A stretch of 64,000 nucleotides of DNA, taken from positions 1,792,001-1,856,000 of the forward strand of contig CBDEUK010000002.1 in NCBI GenBank assembly GCA_965243205.1. Reading direction: 5' to 3'. Shown one piece after another: positions 30,374 through 40,238 of the stretch; the stretch's first letter is position 1, and each line of letters begins with the position of its first letter. The DNA is from Gammaproteobacteria bacterium. GTDB taxonomy: Bacteria; Pseudomonadota; Gammaproteobacteria; Eutrophobiales; Eutrophobiaceae. The position numbers and the translations under genes are program-made. The notes beneath the pieces are model-generated. The model did not search any database. It saw nothing but the letters and a program-made list of their open reading frames with translations, and was not told where the DNA came from.

Positions 30374-30500
30374 ATTTCTAGCAGTTTTTAGGATCTTATA
30401 ATTATTAAATTACAATAATCCTGGCATTTCCATCTAACGGCCAGATTGTTGCCATATTGTTTTGGCTTAATTCTTCTTAATACACTAAGGAGAATTATTC

Positions 30501-31826
30501 ATGACCACAAACAATTTACTGGATAGACTCAATGATTCAATTATTTGGAAAGTAACTGTCATTGGGATTATTATTTTATTGCTTCTCATCCCTATGAGCA
30601 TGGTTGAGTCTGTTATCAATGAAAGAAGCTATGTTTATCGATCCGTTACTCAGGAGATAACAAATTCTTGGGGTGGAGAGGTGAAAGTAGTTGAACCAAT
30701 TCTAACCATTTCTAAATCAAAAAAAATTCATCAACATAACGCAGGTTTTATTTTCAGTAAGCACAATCAGCATTTGTTGCCTGAAAATTTAAGTATATCT
30801 GGCAAGATGAATACACAAATTCGTAAAAGGGGAATTTATAAAGTACCTGTTTTTTCCGGCAATCTAAATTTAAAAGGTGATTATTTATTAACGAAAGAAG
30901 TATTAGATAATTTTAGTTATGAAAAAAAGCCTTTATTGCAAATGCCATTTGATTTACGTGCAATAAAGAAAACACCAATACTTAAATGGAATGGAAAGAC
31001 GGTTAATGTTTCTGTCGTTAAATCATCTGCAAATAGTAATTGGGTTATATTTAATGCAGAAATACCAAAAGATTCTATTCTCAAGACAGGAAAAAACTCG
31101 TTTGAATTGAGCTTGGACTTATCAGGAAGTAATGCGCTGATTTTTCAATCTGGTGCAAAACAAAGCGAAATCAATGTTGTTTCTAACTGGGATTCACCAA
31201 GTTTTTTTGGTGGAACGTTGCCTTTTTCCCATGAGATAAACGATACAGGTTTTAAAGCCACTTGGAAAAATAATAATTTTTTTACCGATATTGGACACGA
31301 AAACAGTCGAGAGATTTCTCCAGCATGGGTTAATAATGATAATGAATATGGTGTTAGATTTATTGAAACGGTTGATACTTATCAACTGGTCACAAGAGTA
31401 ACAAAATATGCATTGTTATTTCTTACGTTATTGTTTTCCGTATATTTTATTTATGAGACGATTGGCGGTTCCAAATTACACCCTATTCAATATGTGTTTG
31501 TAGGCTTTGCTAACTGCATCTTTTATCTCTTGCTCTTGTCATTATCAGAACATGTTAGTTTTAATATAGCTTATACTTTTAGTGCGGCTGCATCGTCTTT
31601 ATTGATTGCAATGTATAGTAGAAGTATTTTGCGAAGTACTATTAAAGGTATAACCGTCTTTGTGAAGCTATCCGTTTTATATATGTTTATTTTCTTGATA
31701 TTAAAATCAGAAGACTATGCATTGTTAATTGGTAGTCTCGGATTGTTTATTATTCTAGCACTGATAATGTATCTAACTCGCAATTTTGATTGGCAGAATA
31801 GAACAATCTATAAACAAGCTAATTAA
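30501..31826 (+). CDS. creD: Cell envelope integrity inner membrane protein CreD
   Basis: LLLIP, RKRGIYKVPVF, KYALLF, LHPIQY, FYLLLLSLSEH, EDYALLIGS, MYLTRNFDW. Confidence 0.92.
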   Translation: MTTNNLLDRLNDSIIWKVTVIGIIILLLLIPMSMVESVINERSYVYRSVTQEITNSWGGEVKVVEPILTISKSKKIHQHNAGFIFSKHNQHLLPENLSISGKMNTQIRKRGIYKVPVFSGNLNLKGDYLLTKEVLDNFSYEKKPLLQMPFDLRAIKKTPILKWNGKTVNVSVVKSSANSNWVIFNAEIPKDSILKTGKNSFELSLDLSGSNALIFQSGAKQSEINVVSNWDSPSFFGGTLPFSHEINDTGFKATWKNNNFFTDIGHENSREISPAWVNNDNEYGVRFIETVDTYQLVTRVTKYALLFLTLLFSVYFIYETIGGSKLHPIQYVFVGFANCIFYLLLLSLSEHVSFNIAYTFSAAASSLLIAMYSRSILRSTIKGITVFVKLSVLYMFIFLILKSEDYALLIGSLGLFIILALIMYLTRNFDWQNRTIYKQAN

Positions 31827-31835
31827 GCTATACAC

Positions 31836-32345
31836 ATGTTTATTGCACATGCTCCTGCAAGTTATATTGCCAGCTATTATTTGGCTGGCAATATATTTAA
31901 TGATTTATTGAGTCAGTATAATAAAAAACAATTATTATTTATGGGTGTTTGCTCGGGTTTAATACCTGATGTCGATTTATTATATTTTTATTTCATTGAT
32001 AATAGGCAAACTAATCATCATGAATATTTAACTCATCTCCCTGTTTTTTGGTTAACCATATTGCTGTTTAGTTTGTTAATTTCTCTTGTTTACAAAAATA
32101 AAACAATATTCTTTATTAGTATATTCGTTCATATCAATATATTTTTACATTTAATATTAGATACCTTTGTTGGAGGTATTAAATGGTTTTATCCATTTTC
32201 TAATATCTCAATAAAATTGTTTGATGTGCCAGCGTTTTATCCATCGTGGATTTTGAATTTTATTTTACATTGGACATTTGTATTTGAATTAATATTGATT
32301 GCAGTTTCTATTTGTCTTTGGAAACAGAGTAAATCGTTGATTTAA
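31836..32345 (+). CDS. YdjM-like membrane metal-dependent hydrolase
   Basis: MFIAH, PDVD, HHEYLTH, HLILD. Confidence 0.85.
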   Translation: MFIAHAPASYIASYYLAGNIFNDLLSQYNKKQLLFMGVCSGLIPDVDLLYFYFIDNRQTNHHEYLTHLPVFWLTILLFSLLISLVYKNKTIFFISIFVHINIFLHLILDTFVGGIKWFYPFSNISIKLFDVPAFYPSWILNFILHWTFVFELILIAVSICLWKQSKSLI

Positions 32346-32452
32346 GAGAATATAACCAATTAATATCTTTGAAATTGAATGTTATCAATTAATCTGTATG
32401 TAGCATATGATGTATCTTAATAATTAACCATTTTTATTATCTGGAAACTATT

Positions 32453-33835
32453 TTGCCCTCAACCGATTTTTCATCCTTAAAATTACACCGAGCGTTGTTG
32501 GATAATCTTGCGTCATTGGAATATCACACCATGACCCCAATTCAAACACAAAGCTTGCCGCATATTCTTAATAACAAAGATGTGGTCGCACAAGCAATGA
32601 CTGGCTCAGGCAAAACGGCGGCGTTTGGTTTAGGGCTTTTACAAAAACTAAATGCAAAACGTTTTTTTATACAAAGTTTGGTGCTGTGCCCAACTCGTGA
32701 ACTGGCAGATCAAGTTGCGGCTGAAATTCGTAAACTCGCAAGAAGCATTCAAAATATTAAAGTACTAACTGTATGTGGAGGTATGCCGATCGGTCCTCAG
32801 ATTGGTTCACTAGAACATGGTGTGCATATTGTGGTGGGAACTCCTGGCCGAGTGGAAGATCATTTAAGTAAAGGTACTTTAAAACTTGATAGCTTAAACA
32901 CTTTGGTATTGGATGAAGCGGATCGCATGTTAGATATGGGATTTCAAGAATCCATTGATAACATTATTAAGGCCATGCCTAAGCAACGCCAAACTTTATT
33001 GTTTAGTGCAACTTTCCCAGAATCTATTCAAGCGATTGCTCATAATGTGATGATTGAACCTGTTTCGGTTCAAGTAGAAAGTACACATGACCAAGAAAGC
33101 ATTAAGCAGTTGTTTTATCAAGTTGAAGGTAATAATGAGTTATTGAAAGCATTGCGTTTGTTATTAATGCAATACAAACCTGAATCAGCAGTGGTGTTTT
33201 GTAATACCAAACAAGAAACCAATGAGGTCAATAAACAACTCAATGGTTTTGGTTTTAATGCCTTGCCATTGCATGGCGACCTGGAACAAAGAGAACGTGA
33301 ACAAACCTTAGTACGCTTTGTTAACAAAAGTGTTTCTATCTTAGTTGCAACAGATGTTGCTGCACGAGGTTTAGACATTGAGGCAATGGATGCCGTATTT
33401 AACTATCATTTGCCGCGTGAATTAGAAGTGTATACGCATCGTATTGGTCGAACGGGACGAGCTGGTAATAAAGGTAAGTCTTACAGCCTGTATGTTGAAA
33501 AAGAAACTCATAAACTAAAACGTTTAGAAGAATATTTAGAGCAATCGATTAAAGCTTCTGTATTACCTTCGGTCGGTTTATTGGAGAAATCTGCTTACAA
33601 AGCTACGATGGTTACAATACAAATCGACGGTGGGAAAAAACAAAAACTAAGGCCGGGCGATGTACTTGGTGCTTTAACTGGTGATAACGGAGTTGAGGGA
33701 AAGCATGTTGGTAAAATTCAAATTTTCGACATTAGGAGCTATGTTGCCGTCGCAAGTTTATCCTCTGATATTGCGCTAAAGAAACTTACCTGTGGTAAGT
33801 TGAAAGGTAAAAACTTTCGAGCACGGTTGTTATAA
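32453..33835 (+). CDS. dbpA: ATP-dependent RNA helicase DbpA
   Basis: TGSGKT, PTRELA, DEAD, HRIGRTGR and C-terminal GGKKQKLRPGD RNA-binding domain. Confidence 0.96.
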   Translation: MPSTDFSSLKLHRALLDNLASLEYHTMTPIQTQSLPHILNNKDVVAQAMTGSGKTAAFGLGLLQKLNAKRFFIQSLVLCPTRELADQVAAEIRKLARSIQNIKVLTVCGGMPIGPQIGSLEHGVHIVVGTPGRVEDHLSKGTLKLDSLNTLVLDEADRMLDMGFQESIDNIIKAMPKQRQTLLFSATFPESIQAIAHNVMIEPVSVQVESTHDQESIKQLFYQVEGNNELLKALRLLLMQYKPESAVVFCNTKQETNEVNKQLNGFGFNALPLHGDLEQREREQTLVRFVNKSVSILVATDVAARGLDIEAMDAVFNYHLPRELEVYTHRIGRTGRAGNKGKSYSLYVEKETHKLKRLEEYLEQSIKASVLPSVGLLEKSAYKATMVTIQIDGGKKQKLRPGDVLGALTGDNGVEGKHVGKIQIFDIRSYVAVASLSSDIALKKLTCGKLKGKNFRARLL

Positions 33836-34007
33836 TATTTTAGATGCGAATTTACAGAAAACGATGATGTAATTAAATTGCTATAAACAATATTCTTCTG
33901 GATAAGAATTATTGTATAGGATCTAAAAAATGATCTGGTTAAGTAGATATTTTATATGACGTTTAGACTAAAGTTTGAATTACTTTGCGAGAGATTAAAT
34001 AAAACTT

Positions 34008-34481
34008 ATGAAAAAACTTAGTATCTTCGTAGACGTACAAAATATTTATTACACAACGAAAAGCGCTTTTGGTAAAAACTTTGATTACAATAAATTCTGG
34101 GCGAAGGCGACTGAAGGCAGAGATGTGATCAATGCTTTTGCTTATGCGATCGACCGTGGAGATGAAAAGCAACATCAGTTTCAAAATATTCTTCGGGCGA
34201 TTGGTTTTGAAGTAAAGTTAAAACCTTATATACAACGTTCAGATGGAACGTCTAAAGGCGATTGGGATGTTGGGATCACAATCGATATGATGGAATGTGC
34301 TGAGCAGTCTGATGTTATTATCTTAGCATCGGGCGATGGTGATTTTGGAATCTTGGTCAGTAAAATTCAAAATAAATATTATATACCTGTTGAGGTCTAC
34401 AGTGTAGAAAAACTTACTGCAGCTAACTTAATTAATTCTGCAGAAGTGTATCATGCTATCGATGATTCGCTTTTATTGTAA
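34008..34481 (+). CDS. NYN domain (LabA/DUF88) protein
   Basis: FVDVQN, KGDWDVGITID, SGDGDF. Confidence 0.9.
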   Translation: MKKLSIFVDVQNIYYTTKSAFGKNFDYNKFWAKATEGRDVINAFAYAIDRGDEKQHQFQNILRAIGFEVKLKPYIQRSDGTSKGDWDVGITIDMMECAEQSDVIILASGDGDFGILVSKIQNKYYIPVEVYSVEKLTAANLINSAEVYHAIDDSLLL

Positions 34482-34523
34482 ATAGAATAAAGCGCATTCT
34501 ATTTTCTTATGCCTGGAAATAGA

Positions 34524-34546
34524 AATGCCGCTGAGGATGCGGCATT
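34524..34546. terminator. Hairpin between the convergent NYN and EF-hand genes
   Basis: AATGCCGC-tgaggat-GCGGCATT. Confidence 0.6.
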
Positions 34547-34573
34547 GAATGTATGAGGTATAATTTATGATTG

Positions 34574-34981
34574 CTAATCGTTTTCTACAGCAAACGCATA
34601 TTCTTTATAATCTAGGTTTTGATCTTTATTAAGATCCGATTGATGAAAGGTTTCATAGATATATGCTTCGATGAATTCACTTAAATCAATTTGGCCACTA
34701 TTGTTAACATCAGCTTGATAATATTCATCATAAGTTACTTCAAAAACTTGAGCTTCGTTAATGTCGAGTTTTTTATCGTCGTTGCGATCAGCATCGTAAA
34801 ACTCTTTTTCCATCGCTTCCATTTCATGTTGCATCATAATCACGTAAAACTCATCGTATGAAATATTTTGATTTCTATCTAAGTCGATATAATTAAATTC
34901 GCGTTGAATCTCGTTACTACTAGCAGCTGTTGAAATACTTAATAGTGCTGTGAGTAAAATAGTATTTTTAAATTTAGTCAT
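34574..34981 (-). CDS. Secreted four-EF-hand calcium-binding protein
   Basis: Signal peptide; loops DLDRNQNISYDE, DRNDDKKLDINE, DVNNSGQIDLSE, DLNKDQNLDYKE. Confidence 0.88.
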   Translation of the reverse strand: MTKFKNTILLTALLSISTAASSNEIQREFNYIDLDRNQNISYDEFYVIMMQHEMEAMEKEFYDADRNDDKKLDINEAQVFEVTYDEYYQADVNNSGQIDLSEFIEAYIYETFHQSDLNKDQNLDYKEYAFAVEND

Positions 34982-35035
34982 AGAGGTTCTCCTTTGTTTG
35001 ACGTTATAACAATAAGAAGAAACCGTTATTGGATC

Positions 35036-35069
35036 TGTAAGCTAACTGTTTAAATATGTATCAATTTGT
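35036..35069 (-). promoter_or_regulatory. RstA-box-like direct repeats upstream of the EF-hand gene
   Basis: Minus strand AACA-aattga-TACA-tattta-AACA-gttagct-TACA; the 14-mer is identical to 37503-37516. Confidence 0.65.
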
Positions 35070-35100
35070 TAGGATGAAGAAGAATGAAATAAAAGTACAT

Positions 35101-36690
35101 TTATTGTGTGGTTATAGGTAATTTAATTGTAAATCGAGCACCTCCCAGTGGAGAATCTCCGATAATAATATCACCTGCCATACTTTTAATGCATTGATTA
35201 GCTATAGCTAATCCTAAACCATAACCACCCGTTTTTTTATCCCTACTTTTCTCCAAGCGAGAAAAAACAATAAATATTTCTTCACGTTTATCAATTGGAA
35301 TACCAGGGCCGTCATCATCAATATGAATTTGAGTTTCAGATTTAGAAAGTTCTGCTGAGACCATGATTTGATTGTTAGCATATAAACTTGCATTGCGTAA
35401 TATATTTTCAATGGCGCGTTGTAAGGAACGAGAACGAATACGAATTTGAAAACTAGGCATTAGATTATCTAATTTGCTAACGAGAGCTTTATTATCAGTA
35501 AAACGTTGTGATGTTTGAATGATATCTTCTAGCCAGATTTTTAAAAAACAATCTTCCCATGTTTCAGTTGGTGAATTGGCTTCAAATCGTGCATAAGTAA
35601 GGATTTCATCAACTAAATTTTCAAGCTCATCAACATCGTCATTTAAACCTGTTATATAACGCTCACGGTTCTTTTCATCATCGCTTCTTGTTAACATTTC
35701 CATTCCAAAACGCATTCTCGCGATCGGCGTACGTAACTCGTGCGAAACCGCATTGGTTAAATCACGATGGCCATTAACCAGTTTTTGTATTTGAGCAGCC
35801 ATCGCATTAAATTGAAACGCTAAATCACCTAATAAAGCGTTTTGTTTAATATTAGCTCTAGCATCCATATCTCCAGATCCAAGATGTTGAGATGTTCTTT
35901 TGAGTACGCTGATGGATTTCCAGAGCGGCCGTATCCAGATTAATATACTTAGAGAGAGCAGTAAGGTCACAACAACAATAAAACTAATGAGCAAATTTCT
36001 TTGATTAATAATGGGCGGAATTGGTCCAGCAACAATAATAGTATTTGAGTTCGCTATTTGCCCATAATAAAACTCAACATCTTTTTCAGTTATTGTTCTA
36101 ACTATTTTCCCATTGGAAAGTTGTTGTCGTTGTTCTTCATCAAGTTCTGTTTGTTGTATTGATGATAATTCAAGATGAACTGGTAATAATTCATTTAGCC
36201 TATTAATTTCATTAGGCCAATGTTCTGGAGAAATAGGCTTTAATCGATCAATAATAAGATTAAATGTTTGTATACCCTCACGATGCACCACGTCTTTGAG
36301 TTGAGAGTCAAATGTTAAGCCAATAGCCAATCGGCTTTTTGCAATCCAGCGAAAAGCATAATCCGCTTCATCAATAAGTACGGCTTGCATTTCGCCTTGC
36401 TTGATTTTTTTCCAGCTTTTTTCATCGAGTAGAGTATCCCCATCCTCAAGAATAATCATGGGATATCCTTGTTGTTCTTGGTTGTGTTGTTCTAGAAACG
36501 TTAGATGCTTACTGGATGGTAACTGATCAAGTTTTTCCTTAAGTAAAATAAAAGGACTTTGAGTTGTTATCTCAAGATATTGATAGATTCTTCCCTTAAG
36601 TAAATAATCAATAGTCGGTTCTATGCCAAATATCAATGCTAGTGTGAAGGTCAGCATTAATAAAAAAAGTGGGAGAAATAAACGAGTCAT
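35101..36690 (-). CDS. Sensor histidine kinase, RstB-like
   Basis: Two TM helices, HAMP, SHELRTPIAR, DDDGPGI, GGYGLGLAI. Confidence 0.92.
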   Translation of the reverse strand: MTRLFLPLFLLMLTFTLALIFGIEPTIDYLLKGRIYQYLEITTQSPFILLKEKLDQLPSSKHLTFLEQHNQEQQGYPMIILEDGDTLLDEKSWKKIKQGEMQAVLIDEADYAFRWIAKSRLAIGLTFDSQLKDVVHREGIQTFNLIIDRLKPISPEHWPNEINRLNELLPVHLELSSIQQTELDEEQRQQLSNGKIVRTITEKDVEFYYGQIANSNTIIVAGPIPPIINQRNLLISFIVVVTLLLSLSILIWIRPLWKSISVLKRTSQHLGSGDMDARANIKQNALLGDLAFQFNAMAAQIQKLVNGHRDLTNAVSHELRTPIARMRFGMEMLTRSDDEKNRERYITGLNDDVDELENLVDEILTYARFEANSPTETWEDCFLKIWLEDIIQTSQRFTDNKALVSKLDNLMPSFQIRIRSRSLQRAIENILRNASLYANNQIMVSAELSKSETQIHIDDDGPGIPIDKREEIFIVFSRLEKSRDKKTGGYGLGLAIANQCIKSMAGDIIIGDSPLGGARFTIKLPITTQ

Positions 36691-36693
36691 GGT

Positions 36694-37467
36694 TTAAGAC
36701 AGCCAAGCTTCACTGACAAATAGATAGCCTTTGCCCCAAACTGTTTTAAGTTTTCTTGCGGAGTCTTTTTCATCACCAAAGCGTGCGCGTAGTCTTGAAA
36801 CTTGAATATCTACCCAACGATCAAGTCCATCAAACTCAATGCCACGAATTTCTTGGCTGATGATATTTCGGCTAAGTATCGCTCCAGGGTTACTCGCAAA
36901 CAAAACCAATAGATCAAATTCGTTAGTTGTTAAGTCGATCATTTGTTGATGCCATTTCACTTCACGTGATTCTAAAGCGATTTCAAGTTCACCAATAACA
37001 ATACGTTTATTTATTAGATTTGATTCTAGTTTTTCTTCATTGGCTAAAGTACGTCTTAATAGGGCATGTATACGTGCTAAAAGAAGGCGTGGCGCAGCGG
37101 GCTTGGTTATATAATCATCGGCACCTATTTCCAAACCAAGTATCTGATCTACATCTTCATCCCTAGCCGTTAACATTAAAATGGGTGCTTTATAAAAAGG
37201 GCGGATGGTTCGGCAAACTTCCAAACCATCCATACCAGGTAAGTTTAAATCAAGAATCACCAAATCGGGTGGATTAGATTTAATTTGAGCAACAGCATCA
37301 ACGCCGTTTGATTGATGTTCTATATTGAAGTTATGACTGATTAAGTACTCAGTTGTTAATTGAGCTAATTTCTTATCATCTTCAATAATTAGGATTGAGG
37401 CTGTTTTTAAATTGTCATTCATGTGGTTAAGTAGTTCGCTATCTGTGATAACGCTAAGTGTTTCCAT
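36694..37467 (-). CDS. OmpR-family response regulator, RstA-like
   Basis: IEDD, LDLNLPG, GLEIGADDYITKP, KTVWGKGYLF. Confidence 0.92.
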   Translation of the reverse strand: METLSVITDSELLNHMNDNLKTASILIIEDDKKLAQLTTEYLISHNFNIEHQSNGVDAVAQIKSNPPDLVILDLNLPGMDGLEVCRTIRPFYKAPILMLTARDEDVDQILGLEIGADDYITKPAAPRLLLARIHALLRRTLANEEKLESNLINKRIVIGELEIALESREVKWHQQMIDLTTNEFDLLVLFASNPGAILSRNIISQEIRGIEFDGLDRWVDIQVSRLRARFGDEKDSARKLKTVWGKGYLFVSEAWLS

Positions 37468-37491
37468 AATTCTCTTATTATAAGAAATTTA

Positions 37492-37517
37492 TGTAAAAGC
37501 AAATGTATCAATTTGTA
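37492..37517 (-). promoter_or_regulatory. RstA-box-like repeat upstream of the response regulator
   Basis: Minus strand TACA-aattga-TACA (TACA-N6-TACA) with a further TACA. Confidence 0.65.
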
Positions 37518-37614
37518 AATTTTTATCATTAATTGTAATTACTATGAGAGTTTATAGTTGAACTTTTTTCACTGAGTAGTCTCACTTAAAACAATAGCAT
37601 TTAGAGATACGTTT

Positions 37615-38280
37615 ATGTTTCAACGAATAATAACTTTAATAGGTTTGGTTTTGTGTATCACCGTGCATGCAGAAGTTAATCTTACCTCATTGAATCAAAA
37701 TGGGTTTTCGAGCTGGGAACCAAAATCGTTTGCGAATGAAACAGCTTATGAAGTTACATCTCATAAAGAGCGAATGTGTATAAAAGCTTTCAGTGATAAG
37801 GCTGCCTCAGGATATGTTTTAAAACAAGAAATTGATTTATTAGAAACTCCCTACATCAATTGGTCATGGTTAGTTGAGAAAGCTTTGCCTAAATTAGATG
37901 AAAAAGCCAAAGCAGGTGATGATTATTCTGCACGAGTGTATGTTGTGGTTGATGGCGGTTTATTTGTTTGGAAAACCAAGGCATTGAATTATGTTTGGTC
38001 GGGTTCTCAAGCACAAGGCCAAGTTTGGGATAATGCCTTTGCTGGGTCTAATGCCAAGATGATCGCTGTGCGCGGAGAAGATGCTAAGACAGGACAATGG
38101 TATGAAGAGAAAAGAAATGTGTATGAAGATTTGATTCAATTTTTTGGTGATAAAGGCGATGAAGAGGTGAATCAGAAAAGCTATCGATATATTGATATTA
38201 TTGCAATTATGACCGATACAGATAACAGTCAAGGTCAGGCAGAAGCCTATTATGGTGATATAATTTTTAGTGCTGAATAG
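37615..38280 (+). CDS. DUF3047 family secreted protein
   Basis: PYINWSW, GDDYSARVYV, ALNYVWS, AIMTDTDN. Confidence 0.88.
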   Translation: MFQRIITLIGLVLCITVHAEVNLTSLNQNGFSSWEPKSFANETAYEVTSHKERMCIKAFSDKAASGYVLKQEIDLLETPYINWSWLVEKALPKLDEKAKAGDDYSARVYVVVDGGLFVWKTKALNYVWSGSQAQGQVWDNAFAGSNAKMIAVRGEDAKTGQWYEEKRNVYEDLIQFFGDKGDEEVNQKSYRYIDIIAIMTDTDNSQGQAEAYYGDIIFSAE

Positions 38281-38318
38281 TGTTGCGTTAAATAATTTAT
38301 ATTAAATAGGAGATAGCG

Positions 38319-38552
38319 ATGAGTGAACCAAAACGTGCATCTGATACACCTTATGCTGTTGATGTAGAAGCAGGTAAATCGTACTACTGGTGTTCTTGTG
38401 GGCAAAGTGAGAATCAACCGTTTTGTGATGGTGCACATAGTGGATCTGAATTTGCGCCAATACAATTTGATGCAACAGAATCGACAACAGTCTATTTTTG
38501 TGGTTGCAAGGTTACAAAAAATCAACCTCTGTGTGATGGCAGTCATTCTTAA
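38319..38552 (+). CDS. Tandem CDGSH iron-sulfur protein
   Basis: WCSCGQSENQPFCDGAH and FCGCKVTKNQPLCDGSH. Confidence 0.93.
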   Translation: MSEPKRASDTPYAVDVEAGKSYYWCSCGQSENQPFCDGAHSGSEFAPIQFDATESTTVYFCGCKVTKNQPLCDGSHS

Positions 38553-38560
38553 AATTGATT

Positions 38561-38594
38561 AAAGGGATCAAAAAGATTTATTTTTGATCCCTTT
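38561..38594. terminator. Bidirectional hairpin between convergent genes
   Basis: Perfect 14-bp stem AAAGGGATCAAAAA-gattta-TTTTTGATCCCTTT. Confidence 0.75.
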
Positions 38595-38612
38595 TTAATG
38601 AAATGATGTATT

Positions 38613-39440
38613 TTAAAATCGCCAGCGGACTAGCATGTTTGCTTCAACGGTGAAATCGGTTCCATGAATATCTATAAGTGGGCTATCCGAGGCTTCACTG
38701 AAATAATATTCACCTTCGACGTTTCCCAGTAAGCTTAGCCGCTCACTAAAAAAATATTCTGAACCAAATCCCAGAGTCATTGATTTAAAACCACTATCAG
38801 GTGTGTAAACCGCATAACGAGTACGAGCGGATTCATTACTTGTTACACCAAACTCAGTACGCATGTATTCACTGTCTCCTCCACTGATATTGATGGAAGT
38901 ACTGGTTCGCCACTTTTTATTATTGGATAAATAGTCATAACTACCACCTAAAAACCAAACTAATCCTTTATTGGCGTCGCCCGTGATATCTGGTTGTAAT
39001 ATGCCAAAGATGGTTGCATTGCCAAAACGATGGGCAAGCATGAATTGTCCTTCGATCGTAGAATCGATAGTGTCCATTCCTGTTAATGTGCTGTCATCTT
39101 CATCATCCCTTTCGTCTTCATATTCAAGGAAAGCCGAAAACTGTGTTCTTGGGGTTAATGAGAATATTGCTCCTGCTTCACCAAAGTTAATAAAAAACCG
39201 ATGCCCTGAATCGGTACGATACATTGCCCTTGCAAGTAAATCGGCTTCGACGATCGATTTATCCGAACCTGCGTATGTGGGTTCATACCCTATGCCTGCG
39301 CCCACATCAAAATGCCAACCCGATTCAAAATCTTGCCCATAAAAAGGACTGAATGGGTTAATCGTAAGTGGATCATCTGCGCGTGAATGATTCGCAAATA
39401 GTGCTAAACAGATGAATAGTGGAATAACAGATTTCAACAT
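38613..39440 (-). CDS. MipA/OmpV family outer membrane protein
   Basis: PTYAGSD, YMRTEFGV, DSPL, terminal Phe, signal peptide. Confidence 0.82.
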   Translation of the reverse strand: MLKSVIPLFICLALFANHSRADDPLTINPFSPFYGQDFESGWHFDVGAGIGYEPTYAGSDKSIVEADLLARAMYRTDSGHRFFINFGEAGAIFSLTPRTQFSAFLEYEDERDDEDDSTLTGMDTIDSTIEGQFMLAHRFGNATIFGILQPDITGDANKGLVWFLGGSYDYLSNNKKWRTSTSINISGGDSEYMRTEFGVTSNESARTRYAVYTPDSGFKSMTLGFGSEYFFSERLSLLGNVEGEYYFSEASDSPLIDIHGTDFTVEANMLVRWRF

Positions 39441-39632
39441 GGTTTTCTCCCAGCGGTGTTTGTATAACGTAATAATGACTGGGCATACCTTAGTGATTTT
39501 ACGATGATGAACATCGGATATATGTTCTACATAAACGTCAATATCGTCTTTTAACCACTATCAGACATATGTACTATGATTCTAAAAAGACCTTTGTATA
39601 GGATATGTGAAGCAAATTGGTTTAATAAATAG

Positions 39633-40157
39633 GTGAATGTTTTGGAAAGAGTGAATGATATAGAAAGACAAATTGTGACAATTGCACTGCTTGCGGTATT
39701 TCTTGGCGGGCTAATTGATTATTACGATGATATTACACAAGGCGCAACAATTATCGAACTAATATTAGATACGATACTAAATGTATTTATATTAGGAGTA
39801 TTATTTTATATTTGGAAAAAGCGACCATATTTTACTCAGAAACGGAATCGTCATCTTGAACAAGTTTTAAAACGATCCAATCAAGATGTGAAACGTTGGC
39901 AGGAAAAGGCGTCTGAACTATTGCGCGGCCTCGGCGCAAAAATAGATGAGCAGTTAAATGAATGGTATCTAACCCAGGCTGAGAAAGAAGTCGCTTTATT
40001 ATTGATAAAAGGGTTAAGCATACGTGAACTTGCTGAGTTTCGTGGCACGAGTGAAAAAACGGTACGTCAGCAGGCGAGTCAGGTGTATGCAAAAGCAAAC
40101 CTAGAAAATCGTGCAGAACTCGCTGCGTTTTTTCTTGAAGATTTATTATTGCCTTAA
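39633..40157 (+). CDS. Membrane-anchored LuxR-type HTH regulator
   Basis: Two N-terminal TM segments; WYLTQAEKEVALLLIKGLS...SEKTVRQQ. Confidence 0.88.
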   Translation: MNVLERVNDIERQIVTIALLAVFLGGLIDYYDDITQGATIIELILDTILNVFILGVLFYIWKKRPYFTQKRNRHLEQVLKRSNQDVKRWQEKASELLRGLGAKIDEQLNEWYLTQAEKEVALLLIKGLSIRELAEFRGTSEKTVRQQASQVYAKANLENRAELAAFFLEDLLLP

Positions 40158-40238
40158 TAATAATTTTTTACTCTATAAGGTGTAGAATCAATACCATTAA
40201 ATATTGTTATTAAGAAATACATTGAAGGACTATGGCTT

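Noticed and set aside
34008-34481. NYN protein as a toxin or defence nuclease
   Set aside because: Stand-alone LabA/DUF88 type with no antitoxin or defence neighbours
26025-34500. Integron cassette array (same-strand accessory genes, GTTAAC and GTTTAGAC near gene starts)
   Set aside because: No convincing attC with paired RYYYAAC/GTTRRRY boxes and no integrase; the tract includes core-like dbpA
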